A stretch of 64,000 bases of DNA, from contig PDIP01000072.1 of assembly GCA_002811645.1 (NCBI GenBank), forward strand, positions 22,945-86,944. The letters run 5' to 3'. Shown here one piece after another: positions 63,967 to 64,000 of the stretch. Under the pieces are notes generated by a model. It was given only the letters and a program-made list of their open reading frames with translations. It made no database searches and was not told where the DNA came from. Made by a program: the position numbers and the translations under genes. The stretch's first letter is position 1. Every line of letters starts with the position of its first letter. The stretch is from Corallochytrium limacisporum Hawaii. Its lineage: Eukaryota; Protista; Pluriformea.

Positions 63967-64000
<34 letters not shown>
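63941..64000. repeat. (CT)n-(GT)n compound microsatellite running off the window end
   Basis: Read directly. Confidence 0.9.

Noticed and set aside
1-64000. tRNA, rRNA, snRNA, TPP riboswitch, stop-codon readthrough (TGA-CTA) signals
   Set aside because: Scanned by eye for hallmark motifs and none were convincing; tRNAscan-SE/Infernal would be needed to exclude them.

Overview
Gene-dense eukaryotic nuclear DNA with about 25 protein-coding genes and two N-gaps. Every CDS I can support reads as one uninterrupted ORF, except pirin, which has a frame break near its 5' end. The gene mix combines 'fungal-type' metabolism (homocitrate synthase of the alpha-aminoadipate lysine pathway, an ERG4/ERG24 sterol reductase), 'animal-type' genes (germ cell-less/GMCL-like BTB protein, MCFD2, ANKRD39) and bacterial-like redox genes (CDGSH + FMN glutamate-synthase-domain protein, two tandem ABM monooxygenases, pirin). 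This suggests an intron-poor unicellular opisthokont; a holozoan such as Corallochytrium is my inference, not a demonstrated assignment. Most notable: (1) a single-pass protein with an RVxF PP1 motif and a degenerate Torsin/ClpB-like luminal domain that keeps an arginine-finger motif (LAP1/LULL1-like architecture); (2) a Lon-N domain + BC-box + LRR protein, an unusual candidate cullin-RING substrate receptor; (3) a germ cell-less homologue; (4) a UGGT with substitutions at conserved active-site motifs; (5) a recurring AAAWTAGGCCCC + E2F-like promoter module; (6) a bacterial-type Fe-S/FMN enzyme with an apparent mitochondrial presequence. I recognised no rRNA, tRNA, CRISPR array or transposon. 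All family assignments come from motif recognition by eye, not from database searches.
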